A DNA stretch of 64,000 nt. Origin: an uncultured Gammaproteobacteria bacterium (GTDB lineage: Bacteria; Patescibacteriota; Microgenomatia; UBA10105; UBA927). This document shows positions 19,388 to 29,342 of the stretch, piece after piece. Both the position numbers and the translations under genes were made by a program. A model generated the notes under the pieces. The model was given only the letters and a program-made list of their open reading frames with translations, was not told where the DNA came from and ran no database searches. Position 1 is the stretch's first letter. Every line of letters begins with the position of its first letter. The DNA lies in NCBI GenBank assembly GCA_964553825.1, contig CAZKLT010000001.1:51423-115422 (forward strand). The letters are read 5' to 3'.

Positions 19388-20272
19388 ATGAAGCGTAAAA
19401 TCTTCTTTCTCATCGCTCTTATCGGCATCGTTATAATAATCGCGGTATTAGTCAGATGGCTCAATAATCGTGGTCCCAAACAAGGTGAACTTCGGGTGGA
19501 GAGTCAGCCTGCTGCAACGGTTTTTCTTGATAATAAAAATATAGGTAAGACGCCATTCAAAGATTCGGTGGATGTCGGAGAATACACGATTAAGTTGGTC
19601 CCGGAATCCGCGACGACCCAAATGACGACATGGGAAGGCCGTATCGTTGTCGGAGGAAACCTTCTGACGTATGTAAGTGCGAATTTAAGCGAATCGGAAC
19701 TGGCAACATCGGTTGATGTCGTATGGCTTGAGAAAATTACCAGTAAGAATTCGGAGCTGTCAGTGACGACAAATCCCGATGGAGCCACTGTTCTTGTTGA
19801 CGATGAAACAAAAGGAGTTACCCCGCTTTCTGTTGCTGATATTGCTTCTGGCGATCACACGCTGAGTATTACGAGTTCAGGGTTTCTTTCCCGGACACTG
19901 AAAATAAAAACGACGCCCGGGTACCGGGTTATCGCCAATCTCAAGCTCGCGCTTTCTGCAGGTGGCCCCGCGCCAACACCCGCCGCGTCTCCTCCTTCTG
20001 AGCTTTCAGGAACGCCAACGCCCTCAAAGGCTGCCACCTCATCCGGGAATCAGGGCATAGATCCGCCAAAGCCATTCGTCGTAATTAAGGACACACCGAC
20101 CGGGTTCTTGCGGGTGCGCATTGAGCCCTCAACGAGCGCTTCTGAAGCAGCGCGTGTGAATCCCGGCGAGAAGTATTCTTATTTTGATACCGAAAGCGGA
20201 TGGTATCAGATTAAGTATGATGGGAAGAGCGCGGGTTGGGTTTCTGGGCAATACGTCGAAGTGGTTGAATAG
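19388..20272 (+). CDS. PEGA-domain protein with C-terminal SH3b domain
   Basis: TM; two PEGA repeats (VESQPAATVFLD..GKTP; TTNPDGATVLVD..GVTP); Pro/Ser linker; LRVR.EPS...GWY...GWVS. Confidence 0.85.
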   Translation: MKRKIFFLIALIGIVIIIAVLVRWLNNRGPKQGELRVESQPAATVFLDNKNIGKTPFKDSVDVGEYTIKLVPESATTQMTTWEGRIVVGGNLLTYVSANLSESELATSVDVVWLEKITSKNSELSVTTNPDGATVLVDDETKGVTPLSVADIASGDHTLSITSSGFLSRTLKIKTTPGYRVIANLKLALSAGGPAPTPAASPPSELSGTPTPSKAATSSGNQGIDPPKPFVVIKDTPTGFLRVRIEPSTSASEAARVNPGEKYSYFDTESGWYQIKYDGKSAGWVSGQYVEVVE

Positions 20273-20488
20273 CTAGGGTAATTCCTTAAGCTTGAAATCA
20301 TCCATGACGAGTATTATTAAGCCCACGATAATGCCCAGGAGAGCACTGAATACTGCGTGTTCGGGAAACAAATACGTATCTATGATATTCCATGCGCCCC
20401 TCCAGATAAGAATTATTGCAACAAGGTCGATGATTGTGTGGAAGTTGAGCCCAACACGGTGAAAGCGTTTCCGTTTCTTGCCGATCAT
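20273..20488 (-). CDS. Small two-TM membrane protein
   Basis: 71-aa ORF with WRGAW...D motif, 3 nt downstream of the UbiA-family gene. Confidence 0.65.
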   Translation of the reverse strand: MIGKKRKRFHRVGLNFHTIIDLVAIILIWRGAWNIIDTYLFPEHAVFSALLGIIVGLIILVMDDFKLKELP

Positions 20489-20491
20489 TCG

Positions 20492-21430
20492 TTATCCTCC
20501 AATGCCGTATACCACCAGGAAAACACTTGCAGTCCACAAGAGAACCGTCGTAAGGAGCGGTAGATCTGAGGTGAGAATTTTTTCGGGCGACTCCCCCTTT
20601 CCTTCATAGATTAATTGCATATATCGCATGATTCCGTACAGAACGAACGGAATTGTGATCATCATCCATTTACGCTCTGGAAGGTCTGAGGTGAATTCCG
20701 AATAATTCCGGAAAATGAACCCCTGATAAATCGGTCGTTCCAGAAACGTATAAAAGGCATAGGTAATGAAGGTTGAATTGGCGAACATAGCCGTATATGT
20801 GTCCAACAGCTTTTCGGAATAGTGCGAAAGGCTGGTTCTGGTGTCGTGTGGCAGGACGCCTTTGTATCCCTGTACGAGCGTCAGTTCAGCACGGCGTTTT
20901 CCGATCGCGAGAAACAGAGCAAGTGAAAGAGCGGCAAGAGCAAGCCATACGGAGATGTGATAGCCGCTTGCGGCCTCGCCAGCGTAGACGCGTAGAAAAT
21001 AGGCTGCCGTAATGGCGAGAATATCGATCACGCTTATGTGCTTGAGAAACAACGTATATGAGTATTGAAGGATAACAAACAGCACTGCAAGGAGGAAAAA
21101 TCCGCGACCCAGCGAGGCTGCGGTGATAAGTCCCAGGGTTACGAATGCTACGGAGGAAGCAATCGCCAGACTTGGTGAAAGCATACCGCTGGCGACAGGA
21201 CGGAATTTTTTAAACGGGTGCTTGCGGTCGCGGGAGGCATCCATGACGTCATTGAAGATATAGTTGGAAGATGATAACAAGCAAAAAGAGATAAAACCGA
21301 AGAATGTCGCTGATAGTGCCTCTGCGCTAAATATATGTCCCGTGATAAGGATGGTCGTAAATAAGGCTAAGTTTTTCAGCCACTGTCGGGGTCTTGCTGT
21401 TTTGAGAATTGCGAAAAGAATGCGACCCAT
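20492..21430 (-). CDS. UbiA-family polyprenyl-phosphate phosphoribosyltransferase (DPPR synthase-like)
   Basis: RPRQWLKN, YIFNDVMD..RDRKHPFKKFRPVASG, LFLAIGKRRAEL, YGIMRY, GESPE. Confidence 0.88.
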   Translation of the reverse strand: MGRILFAILKTARPRQWLKNLALFTTILITGHIFSAEALSATFFGFISFCLLSSSNYIFNDVMDASRDRKHPFKKFRPVASGMLSPSLAIASSVAFVTLGLITAASLGRGFFLLAVLFVILQYSYTLFLKHISVIDILAITAAYFLRVYAGEAASGYHISVWLALAALSLALFLAIGKRRAELTLVQGYKGVLPHDTRTSLSHYSEKLLDTYTAMFANSTFITYAFYTFLERPIYQGFIFRNYSEFTSDLPERKWMMITIPFVLYGIMRYMQLIYEGKGESPEKILTSDLPLLTTVLLWTASVFLVVYGIGG

Positions 21431-22458
21431 AATGAAAATGCTAAAAATCCGACCCCCACAAGAAGAAACGCAAATAATTTTTGTTGACTTGTGACGGTAA
21501 GCGCTATCACACCAAGTATAGCCGACACCCCCCAGTAAAACAAGGCAATTCGCCGCTTCCCCCAGCCTAAATCCAGGAGTCGGTGATGCAGATGTCCCCT
21601 GTCTGCCCACACGGGTGATTGTTTTTTTCCGATGCGCCGTATAAGAGTAAAGACCGCGTCGGTCATAGGAATGCCTAAGACAAGAAGCGCCGTTCCGAGT
21701 TTCCCATACGAAAGTATTCCCAGAACAGCAAGAAGAAAACCAGCAAGTGTTTTACCGCCATAGCCGGGCATAATTTTTTGAGGATAGAAATTCCATGGAA
21801 TAAATCCACTGAAGGCACCCGCGATAATAAATGCTAAGACCGTAACGGTGAGTTGGCTGGGATCAGAAACCGCAAACCGTAGTGACAGAAGGCCCAACAC
21901 AAAAGCGCTTATTGCCACAAATCCTGGCATTTGGCCGTCAACACCTGCTGACCATCCGACAATATTCATAGTCCACATTATCCATAAAAATGCGAATATA
22001 TCCGCCCATACTAAAAGAGAGTGGCTTCCGAAAAGATCAAACGATATGCGAAACGTATCCAGGGGTATTACCCCTCCTGCCAGTGGGTTCGTGATATAGG
22101 GAATTCCGGCTCCAGCGAGGACAACGATGATTGCAGCAAGCGCATTGGTTCCAAGTCGAACATATGGGCTTATGTCGTGATGATCGTCGATAAGACCTAT
22201 GGTTACTAGGAGTGCCGAGCCCAGCATGATGCCAATAAGAATTTTTGTCATTGGCAACAGGATTATTATCGGGATGAAGATTCCAAATATGATCGCAAGT
22301 CCTCCCGCCCTTGGGATAATTCCCTTGTGCGTATGGGCCGGATGGAACCGTTTTTTGGGGTCATCGACCAGCTTATATTTCCGGGCAAAGTGGATAACCA
22401 TTGGGGTAATTCCAAGCGTTATGAAAAATGCGCTGGCAAACGGTAACAAAAAATTCAT
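21376..22458 (-). CDS. MraY/WecA/TagO family polyprenyl-phosphate HexNAc-1-P transferase
   Basis: PRAGG, GLIDD, GVDG, NFYPQKIMPG, ADRGHLHHRL. Confidence 0.88.
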   Translation of the reverse strand: MNFLLPFASAFFITLGITPMVIHFARKYKLVDDPKKRFHPAHTHKGIIPRAGGLAIIFGIFIPIIILLPMTKILIGIMLGSALLVTIGLIDDHHDISPYVRLGTNALAAIIVVLAGAGIPYITNPLAGGVIPLDTFRISFDLFGSHSLLVWADIFAFLWIMWTMNIVGWSAGVDGQMPGFVAISAFVLGLLSLRFAVSDPSQLTVTVLAFIIAGAFSGFIPWNFYPQKIMPGYGGKTLAGFLLAVLGILSYGKLGTALLVLGIPMTDAVFTLIRRIGKKQSPVWADRGHLHHRLLDLGWGKRRIALFYWGVSAILGVIALTVTSQQKLFAFLLVGVGFLAFSLWVAFFSQFSKQQDPDSG

Positions 22459-22461
22459 GCG

Positions 22462-22842
22462 TTACGTGATAAGAAAAAGAATTTTGGCAAGAGCGACGAA
22501 TGACAACAACGCAACAATAAGAGATGTCAGGAATGCTATCTGCGAAAAAATGAGATATTCAGAGAGAAGATAAATTGCCAAAAGCGAATTTAAGACATAG
22601 AGAAATAGACTGCCAAGGGGCAGCAATAGAAGGAGTGCCGGGTGTGCAAGCTGGTCGCTGCCCCATGGTTGCGAATACCAGAGAGGAACCTGTGCCGGTA
22701 GCGACCGATACTTGATCAATAACAAAACAAACGAAAGGATTGTAACCCCAAAAACAATTTTTGAGGATAGCCCGATGATCCAGTTGGAGTTCATCTGTTT
22801 CCATGCACTTTGGGCCTCTTTTGTGTGGAGTTGTACTTTCAT
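22462..22842 (-). CDS. Small membrane protein (DUF1648-like)
   Basis: LPAQVPLWYSQPWG motif; three TMs. Confidence 0.65.
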   Translation of the reverse strand: MKVQLHTKEAQSAWKQMNSNWIIGLSSKIVFGVTILSFVLLLIKYRSLPAQVPLWYSQPWGSDQLAHPALLLLLPLGSLFLYVLNSLLAIYLLSEYLIFSQIAFLTSLIVALLSFVALAKILFLIT

Positions 22843-22847
22843 ACCTG

Positions 22848-24197
22848 TTACCGAGCTCCGGAAGGTTTTGTGTTTTGTTGCGAAATGGGCGCTTGGTACG
22901 AAATGTCGTAGGTTCCGTCCTGATGAATAATAAACGCCCGAATCGGGTAGGGAGGCAAATCATAAGCGATATTTGATGCGGACATAATGATATCACCTAT
23001 ATACCAGGGAAATGCTTCGCGTTGCGGATTGTACCAGTAAACGCCTGAAGCGGTAGTGTTGTAGTACATAGCTTCAAAGAGGATGAGTGGGCTATCGGTC
23101 ATGATGACATCGCGTTCTGTCGCCATAGCGTTAATTTGAGCGAGCGTATCTCGCATTGTGCCCTTCGGGCGCAGCGGAGCATACCAAAGATTGAATCCCA
23201 ACACGAAAAGCAGTGCTACAGTTGCAGCGCCTTTCTGCAGATGCGTATTTTTAATTTGTTCGATGGCCAGAACAATAAGAAAGATCAGAGCAATGGAGGC
23301 GAAGATAACATACCGCATAACAAAGAGCGGTTTTATTAGTGAAACACCGAGAATTATTATAAGAGGCAAAAAAACCATCAGAAAAAAGAATGCATTTCGC
23401 TCTCGAGTTTTTAGAGGAATGAGTGTCGAGATTGAGATAACGAGCAGGATGAGGGAGAGTCTTGCAGTGTGCTGCCACAGATACCATGGTGTCCCCTCAT
23501 AGCCAATGAATACGTTTCCCAGCACCGACTTTATGAGTTGCATGTCTACGGGAAAATACCAGGAATACTTTAACCTGTGCAAATCAATAACTGCTTTTGT
23601 CATCCATGGGATAAACGCAACGAAAACCGTAGCAAACGATCGGAGCATGGGATCAGCGAGTACTGACCGGATCGTCCATTTTTGGGAATGCTTCGATCGA
23701 TAGGTCAAGTAGTGAATTCCCTGAACAAGCGGAATGAATGCCATATAGGCGTGTGTATACATGCCAAGGGTCGTTGCCAAAATATGCCACGGGTATTTGC
23801 GTTCCATATACGTAAACATGGACGCCACAGCAAAAAACATATACCAGCCATACGCCCGTATTTCGAATGCATAATATAAAAGCATAGGGTTAAAAAAGAA
23901 AAAGACAGGAAGAAACCAAGAGAGCCAGTGTTTCTTGAATATACGTTCGGCCCAAAAAATAACCAGCACGGTAGCCAGGCTAAATCCGACAAGTGAGAGG
24001 CTTCGTGCGGCTATTTCGCCGGTACCAAAAAGCTTCATCCAGATATGGAGAAATACGTAATAGAGCGGTGGTTCAAAGGAGATAGATGTGATAAATGAGC
24101 TTATCGGTCTTTGCGCCAAAAGGAGGGAAAACGCTTCATCTCGCCATATGCCTTGAGTGAGATAGAGAAGCGGACTATGCGATAAGAGGAATTCCAT
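22848..24197 (-). CDS. GT-C fold glycosyltransferase (GT39/PMT-like)
   Basis: WRDEAFS, EPPLYY, YYAFEIRAY; multiple TMs. Confidence 0.8.
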   Translation of the reverse strand: MEFLLSHSPLLYLTQGIWRDEAFSLLLAQRPISSFITSISFEPPLYYVFLHIWMKLFGTGEIAARSLSLVGFSLATVLVIFWAERIFKKHWLSWFLPVFFFFNPMLLYYAFEIRAYGWYMFFAVASMFTYMERKYPWHILATTLGMYTHAYMAFIPLVQGIHYLTYRSKHSQKWTIRSVLADPMLRSFATVFVAFIPWMTKAVIDLHRLKYSWYFPVDMQLIKSVLGNVFIGYEGTPWYLWQHTARLSLILLVISISTLIPLKTRERNAFFFLMVFLPLIIILGVSLIKPLFVMRYVIFASIALIFLIVLAIEQIKNTHLQKGAATVALLFVLGFNLWYAPLRPKGTMRDTLAQINAMATERDVIMTDSPLILFEAMYYNTTASGVYWYNPQREAFPWYIGDIIMSASNIAYDLPPYPIRAFIIHQDGTYDISYQAPISQQNTKPSGAR

Positions 24198-24204
24198 GGA
24201 TCTA

Positions 24205-25686
24205 TTATACTTTTTCTGTCACCCTATATTCTAATCTTTTTCCGAGGATCATGCGCGTGTGGGCATCCAGACCCGGTAGCGCTGCCAGGAAGAACGATAC
24301 AATCGGAACGGTAAGCCACTGAATGTAGAGAAACGGTAATCGCCACGAACTAAAATCTTTCGGGCGCGGCGGCTTGGTGCGCCAATCAAGAATGATAATA
24401 ATGAAAAGGAAAATAAGGGATAGTGTCAGAATTCCGGATGAAAGTTGGGATAAATTGTGTCCAAGAACTGTTCGGCCAAACGCCGGATTTACCAAAGGCG
24501 GCAGAACGCTTCCGATCGTGAGAATAAACCAATTTGATGGCCAAAACACATGCTGTTCCAAGAGCTGCAGTACCCGACGCAAACGATCGGACGGTGGAAT
24601 TTCATTATGCATTACTGCACTTTTTACGACATAGGGAACGTCTGAAATTCCCCATGCCCACCGTTTTGACTGTTCGTACTGATTGATCATCGTTCGCCAG
24701 AATCCGTGGCTCTCGGCGGAATCAAGAAGTAACGGAAGGAAGATGCTTTTTGTTCGAACCCGTTCTCCCAGGGTGAAATATACTTTGAAAAACATGTGAT
24801 AGTCCTCCGGAATAACATCTACTGCCCAGAAGCCTGCCTTCATAGCGGTAGATAATCCCAACGAATAGGTCGAAAAATTGATGAGCTTATTCTTCTGGGA
24901 CAACATTGCCAGATTTGAAATGCTAAACATGGTATTAACAACACGGCTCGGAAGCGGAATGCGCCAGATATTATTGTAGAAAAGAATCGCCCCTTGGTAG
25001 AAATGATACTCGCGTTCGGGATCCTTCAGATACGAATGAGCAAGATACGAGAAGTATTTCGGATGGAGCAGTGCGTCAGCATCGCAGGATGTTATGGTCG
25101 TGAATGCAACAGGAATGCGCCATTCTTTAAGTTTCGCAACCGCCTGTCGAGCGGCGTGAGCCATATTTGATGATTTGCCTGCGACCTCCCCTGGTTTCAA
25201 TTCATGGCTCGTAACAAGAAATTTACCGAATTTTTTAGCGAATTCTTTGGTAAGAATTTTTCCGGTTTGCGTGGCCTCGGGATCTTTGGCTTCCGTTGCT
25301 AGAACGATAATGAGTTTTTCCTTGGGAAAATCCTGTTTTGTCAGATTATCAAGGGTCCGTTCGAGGATATGAAGCGGTTCATGGTATTCGGGAATTATCA
25401 CAATGTGATAGAGATCCCGGAAATTTGGTAGGATTTTTGCCATTGATAGCCAGTCGATTTTTACATGGGCATTCATGGTAACGAACGATTTGATAGCGTG
25501 GACGGCAAGGGTAAATGATTTGTAGAACCAGAAGACATCAAAGGTGATTATCAGATATGCTACGAGTGCCGGATGCCAAAAAGAAAGCCACAGAGGCATG
25601 GTGATGAGGAGCCAGGACAGGCTTGGGATGATTACTTCCAGAAATCGTGTAGTTCTTACGGGATAACGATTGAAAAAATAGCGCAT
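24205..25686 (-). CDS. Membrane GT2 family glycosyltransferase
   Basis: GKSSN, CDAD, IPED and QSKRWAWG (QxxRW) motifs. Confidence 0.85.
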   Translation of the reverse strand: MRYFFNRYPVRTTRFLEVIIPSLSWLLITMPLWLSFWHPALVAYLIITFDVFWFYKSFTLAVHAIKSFVTMNAHVKIDWLSMAKILPNFRDLYHIVIIPEYHEPLHILERTLDNLTKQDFPKEKLIIVLATEAKDPEATQTGKILTKEFAKKFGKFLVTSHELKPGEVAGKSSNMAHAARQAVAKLKEWRIPVAFTTITSCDADALLHPKYFSYLAHSYLKDPEREYHFYQGAILFYNNIWRIPLPSRVVNTMFSISNLAMLSQKNKLINFSTYSLGLSTAMKAGFWAVDVIPEDYHMFFKVYFTLGERVRTKSIFLPLLLDSAESHGFWRTMINQYEQSKRWAWGISDVPYVVKSAVMHNEIPPSDRLRRVLQLLEQHVFWPSNWFILTIGSVLPPLVNPAFGRTVLGHNLSQLSSGILTLSLIFLFIIIILDWRTKPPRPKDFSSWRLPFLYIQWLTVPIVSFFLAALPGLDAHTRMILGKRLEYRVTEKV

Positions 25687-25699
25687 AGTAACAGGCTAA

Positions 25700-26482
25700 T
25701 TATATCACGGGCAACCCAAACAAAGATTGCGCTGACTGCGTCGTCGTATTTTCTATATCTGTTTGCTGTTTTCCTAAAACATCGGCTATTTTTGCGGCGA
25801 TGAGTGGTATATATTGAGGCTCGTTTCTGGTTCCGCGATGTGGAACCGGCGTAAGGTATGGCGCGTCTGTCTCGAGTACGATCATCGAAAGAGGAATGCT
25901 TGCTACGATTGCTGCCAGCTGTTTGGAATAGGTAATGTTTCCATCAATGCCCAGGAAAAGGTTGTGGCGTTTGGCCTCACGCATTTCCTGTAGTCCGCCC
26001 GAAAAACAATGAATGACTCCGCGAACGGAGGGTCCTTCTTCCAGGACTGAGAAAAAATCATCGAATGCATTCCTGCAATGCATAATAACAGGGAGGTTGT
26101 ACTTTGCGGCAAGATGAAGATGCTCCGCAAACAGGGCTCTTTGCTGCTGTTTTTTTCCGAGGGCTGGCTCTCCCTTATACAGGTGGTAATCCAAACCGCA
26201 TTCTCCGATCGCGACCACTCCGTCTGCATTTTTTCCTTGGAGAAGTCGTTCAATATCCCGAATGTCCGGAGAATATGCGGCTTCGTACGGATGAAAACCA
26301 ACGGATGCAAAAACAGTGCCGCGGTTGGCATCGGCAAGTTCGATTGCCAGCCGGGATGACAGAAGGTTGACCCCGGGAACGATGCACATGCGCACATTTT
26401 GCGCTATGGCATTTGTCAAAACTTCATTTCTGTCGTTTTGAAACTGCTCAAGCTGAAGGTGGCAGTGTGTATCGATATACAT
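25700..26482 (-). CDS. tatD: TatD family nuclease
   Basis: IDTHCH, GFHP, AIGECGLDY, HCR, HCFSG, ETDAPYL. Confidence 0.95.
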   Translation of the reverse strand: MYIDTHCHLQLEQFQNDRNEVLTNAIAQNVRMCIVPGVNLLSSRLAIELADANRGTVFASVGFHPYEAAYSPDIRDIERLLQGKNADGVVAIGECGLDYHLYKGEPALGKKQQQRALFAEHLHLAAKYNLPVIMHCRNAFDDFFSVLEEGPSVRGVIHCFSGGLQEMREAKRHNLFLGIDGNITYSKQLAAIVASIPLSMIVLETDAPYLTPVPHRGTRNEPQYIPLIAAKIADVLGKQQTDIENTTTQSAQSLFGLPVI

Positions 26483-26512
26483 ACTTTTATAAACGTAACA
26501 AATTAACTCTTT

Positions 26513-27949
26513 TTATGATAGGCGGGGGAATAAAGGAGGTTGAGCCTTGATAGTCGGACTCGAAAATTGGTTAAGAATGGTTGCCGACGTTTGCGGGAGA
26601 AAGGGTTGAAGGAGAATTGCGATTTCTGCAATCTGGGCGATTGCGATTGTCAGGATATCTGCCAAATCATCGCCGGTACGTTTCCACGGTTGCTTATCAT
26701 TAATGAGTTGATCAGTTGCTTTTATTTTATCCCAAATAATACTTAATGCATCATGAAGGCGATACTCATCCATCGCATGTTGGAACGCTGATGGCGCTAC
26801 CTCGGAAAAAGTTTTTTTCGTTACCTCAAGGCGTATCGGGGCCGCAAGCTTAGCTACGCGAGAGATGAGGTTGCCTAATCCGTTTGCAAGATCCGCATTA
26901 TACAACTCGATAAACCTTCGTTCGGAATAGTCTCCGTCGCCATAGGAGGGTATTTCGCGGAGCAGATAATACCGAACAGCGTCCGATCCAAACCGGTCAA
27001 TAACGCCGACCGGATCCACGACGTTGCCAACGGTTTTGCTCATTTTCTGGCCATCAACCGTGAGATATCCGTGTACGAAAAGGCGCTTGGGGATTTGTAG
27101 CCCGGCGGATTGAAGAATTGCCGGCCAGTAGATCGCGTGAAATCGGAGTATCCCCTTCCCAATGACCATAAGATCAGCTGGGGCCCATTGAGAGAATAAC
27201 GCATCATCCCACCCGAAGCCTATCCCGCTGTGATAAATATTGAGCGCGTCGAACCATACATACATAATCTGACTCGCGTCACCGGGTACCGGGACGCCCC
27301 ATCCTTTTGCACGGGTGTGGCTTCGTGAAACGGAGAAGTCTTCCAATCCTCTTTTCACGAAGGCGAGTGCTTCATTTTTTCGAATTTTAGGAACTATTTT
27401 CAGTTCATCATTTTCAATGAGGTTCACAAAAAAATCCTGGTAGTTTGATAATCTGAAGAAGTAATTTTCTTCGGATACTTTTTCCAGTTTTCGTCCCGGA
27501 TGTTCAAAGCACTCGCCATTTTTATCGATCTCGTCCGCTGCATAGAAGGATTCACATCCTACGCAGTAGAGTCCTTCGTATGATTTTTTGTATATGTCTC
27601 CTTTTGCCACGCAACGTTCCCAAAGTTTTTGGGAAGACGGGAAATGATGCGTGCGATCTGTCCCGCGTTGCCAGAAGTCAAAATGAACATCCAGCTTTTT
27701 GGCGACGTCAACAAATTCTTTCTGATGAAGATCACAGAAGGTCTGCGGATTCATGTTTGCCTTTTCGGCCGCTTGGACGATTTTTAGTGCGTTTTCATCT
27801 GCGCCACATAAATAGGCAACGTCACGGCCCAGGAGCGTTTGGTATCGGCGGATCGTGTCTGCATAAACAAATTCCTGTGCATGTCCAATATGCGGAGCGG
27901 CATTTACATAGGGAATTGCGCTATGAAGATAGTATTTCTTGGGCGACAT
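26513..27949 (-). CDS. metG: Methionine--tRNA ligase (short form)
   Basis: PYVNAAPHIGH, YCVGCE, YVWFDAL, KMSKT. Confidence 0.97.
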   Translation of the reverse strand: MSPKKYYLHSAIPYVNAAPHIGHAQEFVYADTIRRYQTLLGRDVAYLCGADENALKIVQAAEKANMNPQTFCDLHQKEFVDVAKKLDVHFDFWQRGTDRTHHFPSSQKLWERCVAKGDIYKKSYEGLYCVGCESFYAADEIDKNGECFEHPGRKLEKVSEENYFFRLSNYQDFFVNLIENDELKIVPKIRKNEALAFVKRGLEDFSVSRSHTRAKGWGVPVPGDASQIMYVWFDALNIYHSGIGFGWDDALFSQWAPADLMVIGKGILRFHAIYWPAILQSAGLQIPKRLFVHGYLTVDGQKMSKTVGNVVDPVGVIDRFGSDAVRYYLLREIPSYGDGDYSERRFIELYNADLANGLGNLISRVAKLAAPIRLEVTKKTFSEVAPSAFQHAMDEYRLHDALSIIWDKIKATDQLINDKQPWKRTGDDLADILTIAIAQIAEIAILLQPFLPQTSATILNQFSSPTIKAQPPLFPRLS

Positions 27950-27958
27950 GAGCTCATT

Positions 27959-28261
27959 TTACCGTTTATCGAGGTATACCTCAAGCGAAATCAGGCTCGC
28001 AGCAAGCAAGATGACGTATACAGGCTCCCGCAGTTCGATGAGCCGTAGGAAGAAAAAAATTATGACTCCTATTCCTGCAAGCAGTGCGCGTCTTGGTGAT
28101 CGCGTTAAAAAAAAGATAAACGAAAAAACGGAAAGAAAAATCAGAAGGAAAAGCCCGATGACTTTATTGGTGTCCGGAGGAAACGAGTGTGTGAGCCATC
28201 CTATAGCAGAAAGGCCGGTGACGGCGACGAGGAGAGAGGCTACATTTCTTTCTTTTTTCAT
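27959..28261 (-). CDS. Small multi-TM hypothetical protein
   Basis: Hydrophobic ORF upstream of metG; start placed at MKKERN. Confidence 0.6.
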   Translation of the reverse strand: MKKERNVASLLVAVTGLSAIGWLTHSFPPDTNKVIGLFLLIFLSVFSFIFFLTRSPRRALLAGIGVIIFFFLRLIELREPVYVILLAASLISLEVYLDKR

Positions 28262-28298
28262 TTGTGATATATCTAACACTATGAGTATTTCGCTCGAC

Positions 28299-28628
28299 AT
28301 GCTCGTCCAGTACTCAAAGCGTATCATATTCCTTTGCCTTTTCGCTTTGTTTGTTGCGCAGATTGCGGTACATCGGTTTGACCCCTCTCATCCCAAGGCT
28401 TTGACAAACGAATGTATCCAGACGACCGTTACAATGCTCCAAAAAAACGGATGGATTGTCTGGCTTGCCGTTGTGGCGGCATCGTTGTGGCGGCGACATG
28501 ATCTGGGCACTGTGCTTGATCGATTTGGGACATCATCACCTTCTTTCCGGAAAAACGAATTATTTGTAGATGATCCTATACGTCGCGCTCTTCGGGAGGG
28601 CAGGCTCAGACGACTGACATATCATTAA
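28299..28628 (+). CDS. Small membrane protein leading the putative copper locus
   Basis: TM-HRFDPSH...C-TM with a basic tail (DDPIRRALREGRLRRLTYH). Start could be 28281 or 28299. Confidence 0.55.
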   Translation: MLVQYSKRIIFLCLFALFVAQIAVHRFDPSHPKALTNECIQTTVTMLQKNGWIVWLAVVAASLWRRHDLGTVLDRFGTSSPSFRKNELFVDDPIRRALREGRLRRLTYH

Positions 28629-28709
28629 TTGCTCCGTATTCTTCCGCACAGCGAGCCGTGCCCGCTCTTCAATACAATAATGGTACGGATATTTATTAGG
28701 AGGTATCAC

Positions 28710-29330
28710 ATGGAAAAAATAAAATATGCAGGAGTTGCTCTAGGAATTGCCTTATTCGTCGCTGGGCCTGTGTCAGCCCACATAACAGTACAGCCGAAGG
28801 AGGCAGTCGCGGGGTATTCCGTTTCTGTCATTCGCGTGCCGAATGAAAAAGATGTCGCAACGACCAACGTGCGCGTGGTGGTGCCGGAGGGCGTGGATGT
28901 TCATGGCATTATGCCTATTGCCGGTTGGCAATATTCTGTGAAGCGGGAAACGCCTCCTGAATCAAGTGCCAATACCGATGATCATGGAGGTGATGATCAT
29001 GCGGACTCCGGTAGAATTACTGAGGTTACCTGGTCAGGTGGAAAAATCGGTGCAGGGGAGTTTATGGAATTTCCTCTTTCGGTGCAGTACGCTGCAGGCA
29101 GCCAAAAGGTTGAATGGAAGGCGTATCAAACGTACGCGGGTGGCGAGATTGTTCCCTGGGACGGATCTGATGAGAAGCATCCGGCCCCAGTCGTAACTGT
29201 GGTATCGCAAGTATCACAGCCGGCAGCACCGGGTATGCAGGTGGTGAAGAATGACAAAGCAGTCTGGACGAGTGTCGTCGCGCTCCTGGTATCGGTCGGT
29301 GCATTTGCTGTCGCATTGAAGAAAAAATAA
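28710..29330 (+). CDS. YcnI/DUF1775 family copper-binding protein
   Basis: AGGAGG SD; signal peptide VSA|HITVQP, RVPNE, GWQ, VTWSGG, QTY..G..VPW, HPAP; C-terminal TM and KKK. Confidence 0.88.
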   Translation: MEKIKYAGVALGIALFVAGPVSAHITVQPKEAVAGYSVSVIRVPNEKDVATTNVRVVVPEGVDVHGIMPIAGWQYSVKRETPPESSANTDDHGGDDHADSGRITEVTWSGGKIGAGEFMEFPLSVQYAAGSQKVEWKAYQTYAGGEIVPWDGSDEKHPAPVVTVVSQVSQPAAPGMQVVKNDKAVWTSVVALLVSVGAFAVALKKK

Positions 29331-29342
29331 GCGGTAGTTACA

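Noticed and set aside
27939-28280. N-terminal half of the 229-aa plus-strand ORF
   Set aside because: It is antisense to the membrane gene upstream of metG; only the part from 28281/28299 looks like a real protein.
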